Assembly: GCA_048013815.1 (NCBI GenBank)
Contig: CM106585.1
Coordinates: forward strand, 16,554,001-16,618,000
DNA length: 64,000 bases
From: Setoptus koraiensis
Taxonomy: Eukaryota > Animalia > Arthropoda
Direction of reading: 5' to 3'
Below the pieces are notes generated by a model. It had not been told where the DNA came from and searched no databases. It saw only the letters and a program-made list of their open reading frames with translations. The stretch's first letter is position 1. Every line of letters begins with the position of its first letter. Positions 60,151 to 64,000 of this stretch are shown here, piece by piece. The translations under genes and the position numbers were made by a program.

Positions 60151-61190
60151 AGGTCATGCAGGATGCTCGTGGTGCTCGTTCGCGGGCCCGATCCGACCCG
60201 ACGCATCGGGGCCCGTGGTGGGCCGCTTAGCCGCTCAAACGCAAGACACGCCGCAATTGTTTATCTTCGCACGTATCGATTGTCGTCCGTAATAAGCCTG
60301 TAATCGCTGCGACACCGACACCCGCTCAGGTGAATAAATAAACATTCAACTGTCGACCGGCGCATGCTGCATTTGCTGCATTTACCTGTGCGCCAGTGCC
60401 CCTGGGTACCCAGCTGGGGTCCGCTGCAAATGCATGCATACGACCACGGATAAGCGCACACGTAATGGAGGCCCGTTTTGCGCGCATACCCCAACCAGCG
60501 GATCGCAATCGAATATGGATAACAGTTTTGAATGGCTGGCCGCAAATCGATTATCCGGCCAGCCGGATATCCACACGCCGGGTCTCTGTCGTGGCGCTCG
60601 TCGCTGAGTGCGGGCCATAGTTGCGCTTGTTCCGCGGCAGTGATTGTGATGATATAATGATAATAGCGGCGGCAGCAGCAGTAGTAGTAATAATAATAAT
60701 AATGATAATGTGAAAAATGCCTCTTCGCATTCTCTGGAATCGTGGCTCGCTGGCCGTTTGGGGGCTGTGTGCGTGGGGGCCCGGCCCCGGCTCGCAGTGC
60801 AAGAGCCCGGCCCCGGCTCGCAGCGCGAGAGCCCGGCAGCCGGTCGGGCAGGCAAGGCGCACCGAGCGCCAGAGTGAGCCGAAGTAAAATGATTTTATTT
60901 TGTGCCGCGTCGCCATTATCCGCCCGTGCACGGGCCCGTGCACACCATGGCGCACCGCGGACGGGCCAGGCTGTAGCTTGGGGCCAAACGGGCCGCTAAG
61001 CGGCCCGTTTGGAGCCGGACGGCGGAGTGCGCGAATGTCGCTATGCGGCGGCCCGGTCGCCGGGCCGTCGTGCCGACAGTGCAAAAGTCAATGGCAGCGC
61101 GTGTAATGATGTCAGTCACGAAACGGCATCATACTGATACTTGCCGGCTGGCATCCCGTAATTGGCCATATCGCACACCGCATATCGCAC

Positions 61191-61250
61191 GCCTCATACC
61201 GGCAGGCCGCATACCGGCGGGCCGCATACCGGCGGGCCGCATATCGGCGG
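61191..61250. repeat. 15-bp minisatellite (GCCGCATACCGGCGG), 4 copies
   Basis: Direct reading. Confidence 0.95.
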
Positions 61251-62275
61251 GACGGGTATATCGCAGCCTCTGCAGGCAGTACATAATATACTGTATATAC
61301 GGGCTGCAATATACCTGGGCCAACATACCGCGGGCCGGTGTCACATGTGTCGCATACATCACATGTATATAACGGCACCACATACGCGCACATGGCGCGG
61401 ATGTACCGCGCCAGATGCGTATACGGCCCGTATAATACGGCCGGTGCGGCCGGTCACATATGCGGGCGCAAACTTTGCAACACTGCAAAGACGAAACCGG
61501 CAAGAAAACGGTTCGAGAGAAGCGACAAGTCGGGCCGGCCGGAGATAACTCAAAACTAATAATAGCAATGAACCGTTTCGCTGGCGGCCGGCGCGTTCGC
61601 CCGCACCGCAGCTCGCTGCGCGCGCCCTCTACATAAATACACCCCTCTATGTATAAATATATCACATCACATATATATAAATATATCGTGTCATATATAT
61701 GTATCATATAAATATATTATTACACATGCTATTTATTGCAACGGGCCGGCGGTGGTGTCGCGCACAAGCGCTGGCCCCAATACGCCGCGCACAACAATTA
61801 GAATATCCGTCTGTCCGCTAATGGAATAACTCCGGTCACTCGGGTGCGCACTCCCCGGTGCATACGCGCTCGGCCTCGCTGTTCGGGGCCCGCCGTTTGG
61901 GGGCGCATGTCGCAACTCGGGCCATTTGCTGTGATGTGTGTGTGTGCGCCCCCCATTGAAGTGGCAAACTCGCTCGCTGGCGTTTGCCCTTATAAATATT
62001 GATAAATGATGATGAATAAAACTGCGGCTAAGCAGCTATCAATTCATTTGCATGCATGACTAGCCAGCTCACTGGCTAGACAGAATCACTGACAGAAACA
62101 TATGTCGCGTAGCGGCCAGCCTGGCACCAGTTAATTAGTGGCTTGGCGAGCTTGACAGGTGAGCACACACAAGAGGCCGCTGCTGGCCAATGCAAGAAAG
62201 TGACACGGGCGCCCCATCAGTGCGAAACGTGTACTACGATTCGTAGTGAAACAACGCGAATCAATTGCGTGAGTA

Positions 62276-62321
62276 CGTTACGTTTTGTTACGTCACGTTA
62301 CGTTACGTTACGTTACGTTAC
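62276..62321. repeat. (CGTTA)n pentanucleotide repeat
   Basis: Direct reading. Confidence 0.9.
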
Positions 62322-62486
62322 AGTGGCGCGTCATGTGCGCCAGCCGGAAGTCGGCTACTGGCAGTCGTGCCAAGTGGCGCGAATTAATCGCGCAGTACGC
62401 GGCATCAGCGATTCGGAGAGGTCGATGACGCAATTGACTGGCACACAAAAGTGGCCCAACAAAAGCAAACAGAACAAAGAGAGCGC

Positions 62487-62850
62487 ACTTACCTTGTTTA
62501 TTTGTCGTTGTCGTTGCTGTTGTTGTTGTTGTTTTTGTTGTTGTCGTTGTTGTTGTTTTTGTCGTTGCTGTTGTTGTTGTTGTGGTTGTTGCTGCTGTTG
62601 TCGTTGCTGTTGTTGTGGTTGTTGTTGCTGTTGTTGTCGCCTCGTTCACTTGTTTTGCTGGCACTTGTTATGGCGACTGACTTGTTATGTTGGTTACGTA
62701 ATGAACGCGCAAATGCGTCGCCTATTGTAATGAGTGTGGCTGCAAGTGTCAAGCGATGATTATCTTCATTCTATCACTGGCCGCTGGCCGACTCAATTGC
62801 CACTTTTGACGGCCACCAGCACCACTGAAACGACTGAGACTCGACTGACC
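62487..62850 (-). other. Candidate first (5' UTR) exon and donor of a minus-strand gene
   Basis: AAG|GTAAGT donor (exon end 62493). Two TCAGTC initiator-like motifs on the minus strand at 62848-62843 and 62837-62832. The CAA-rich body has no ATG-initiated frame crossing the donor. Confidence 0.35.
62503..62638 (-). repeat. TTG-type compound microsatellite
   Basis: Direct reading. Confidence 0.95.
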
Positions 62851-62856
62851 AATTGC

Positions 62857-62932
62857 GACCACTTTCAGTGGTCACTACTTTCGATGGTCACCACTCTCAA
62901 TGGTCACTATCTACAATGGCCACCAATTACTC
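62857..62932. repeat. 16-bp degenerate tandem repeat (TGGTCAC core, 4 copies) preceded by an inverted partial copy
   Basis: Units at 62869, 62885, 62901, 62917; GACCACT-TTC-AGTGGTC hairpin at 62857-62873. Confidence 0.8.
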
Positions 62933-63001
62933 GAAGTGCCGCAAATAGGCACTAGAGCTTATTTTTGCTTGTGCGTGTGTGTGCCTACCACTGCCACTTA
63001 T

Positions 63002-63035
<34 letters not shown>

Positions 63036-63053
63036 CACACACACGCACACACA
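63002..63053. repeat. (CA)n microsatellite
   Basis: Direct reading. Confidence 0.95.
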
Positions 63054-63630
63054 ACTGACAACAAAAATCGGCTACTGACGGGTTAACAGGTGACTTCCGG
63101 TGCGATGTTGGCGCTTCTGTGGGTGTTTCTTGGTTGATTTGTGTTTTTTAATGATTTTGCTCGTCGCTTGGGGCGCTGTATTGGTGGGCCGTGGGTGTTG
63201 ACTCCACGTGATTGGAGTGTTGTGAGTATGTGTCAATTGGTGCCGATGTCAAGCGATAGGGGGACAAATCGTGAACGGGCGACCATTTTACATTTCATCT
63301 TGTTGGTCTTGCATACACTTGAATGGTGTCACTCGGTCTTGATGGCCTGATCTTGAAGTTTCTTTCATTTGCATTAATTATTTCGATGATGCGCGACGAA
63401 CGACCATTCTGCCCCATCACAATGGTTGCATCATACGCGGCAGCTCGTGGCGGGTATCGCAATTAAAACTCTTGTTGTGCGCTACAATCGCTCTTACAAT
63501 GTGTATAAAATATACTTATCCATCTATCTAGCTTGGTATTTATTTATTTATGCTGCTGCCTACGTATCTATATACATAATACGTTGATTCACAAACACTA
63601 ATTATATGCATATCATCACTCGTTGCTGGT

Positions 63631-63710
63631 TGTTGGTTGTCGTTGGTTGTCGTTGGTTGTCGTTGGTTGCCGTTGGTTGCCGTTGGTTGTTGCTGGTTGC
63701 TGCTGGTAGC
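63631..63710. repeat. 10-bp tandem repeat (CGTTGGTTGT), about 8 copies
   Basis: Direct reading. Confidence 0.9.
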
Positions 63711-64000
63711 TGGTTGCTGTCGGCTGCTGGCTAGCGGATCTGACAATCGGATATGACAATTGGGGCAACTTTATGCAGCGACAAAACAAGAACAAGGGAC
63801 TCGATCGGACGCGCCAACAGGGTAGCGAGATGGGTAGCCGCCAATGACAGCGATGGGCAGCCGGGCGATAATGAATTCAACATTGTTCAACGTCGCGTCG
63901 CACACTGTGTTGTCGCTGCCCTCTGACAAGATGCAGATCCCCCCGAGATCGTCGAGACTGTTTTGCCAAGACTGCACACAGCGCGGGCTGGCTGGCTGGC

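Noticed and set aside
60382-60393. GCGCACAG|GTAA on the minus strand, the same 12-mer as the 6275 site
   Set aside because: No polypyrimidine tract upstream and a weaker donor (GTAAAT); a 12-bp match is within chance.
1-64000. ORFs with poly-N, T, Q, V, L, C runs and the 270-312 aa Arg/Ala/Gly/Pro-rich ORFs (29087..29998, 31074..31892, 44639..45577)
   Set aside because: They are translations of CAA/TTG/CA repeats or GC-rich stop-poor DNA. Most start at GTG or TTG, overlap on both strands, and show no recognisable domain.
1-64000. rRNA, tRNA, homeobox or other conserved gene; prokaryotic operon features
   Set aside because: No cloverleaf or T-loop context, no rRNA-like block, no WFQNRR-type helix, and no gene-dense layout seen.

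Overview
This window looks like eukaryotic, probably animal (arthropod-like), non-coding DNA; the taxon is an inference and cannot be fixed from the sequence. It is moderately GC-rich and saturated with CAA/CAG/GAC and CA/GT simple repeats, short minisatellites, perfect palindromes and 12-16 bp hairpins. I found no protein-coding gene I can recognise, and no rRNA, tRNA, CRISPR array, operon structure or intact transposon. Most ORFs in the track are repeat or GC artefacts. The clearest functional signal is a set of minus-strand splice sites. There is a donor AAG|GTAAGT at 62493/62492, a 110-nt exon candidate at 23461-23352, and an acceptor fused directly to a donor (poly-Y...CAG|GTAAGT, junction 6275/6274) with the form of a recursive-splicing ratchet point. 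Together they suggest most of the window is very long intron of a minus-strand gene starting near 62.8-63.1 kb and continuing past base 1. A second recurring signal is short tandem arrays flanked by one inverted copy of their own unit, plus an excess of long perfect inverted repeats. These often sit in compositionally distinct islands that may be decayed or non-autonomous transposon remnants. Several repeats carry possible regulatory or structural content: kappaB-type sites every 30 bp, 11-bp phased A-tracts, a TGACA cluster and inverted octamers. All functional calls are by-eye hypotheses without database support.
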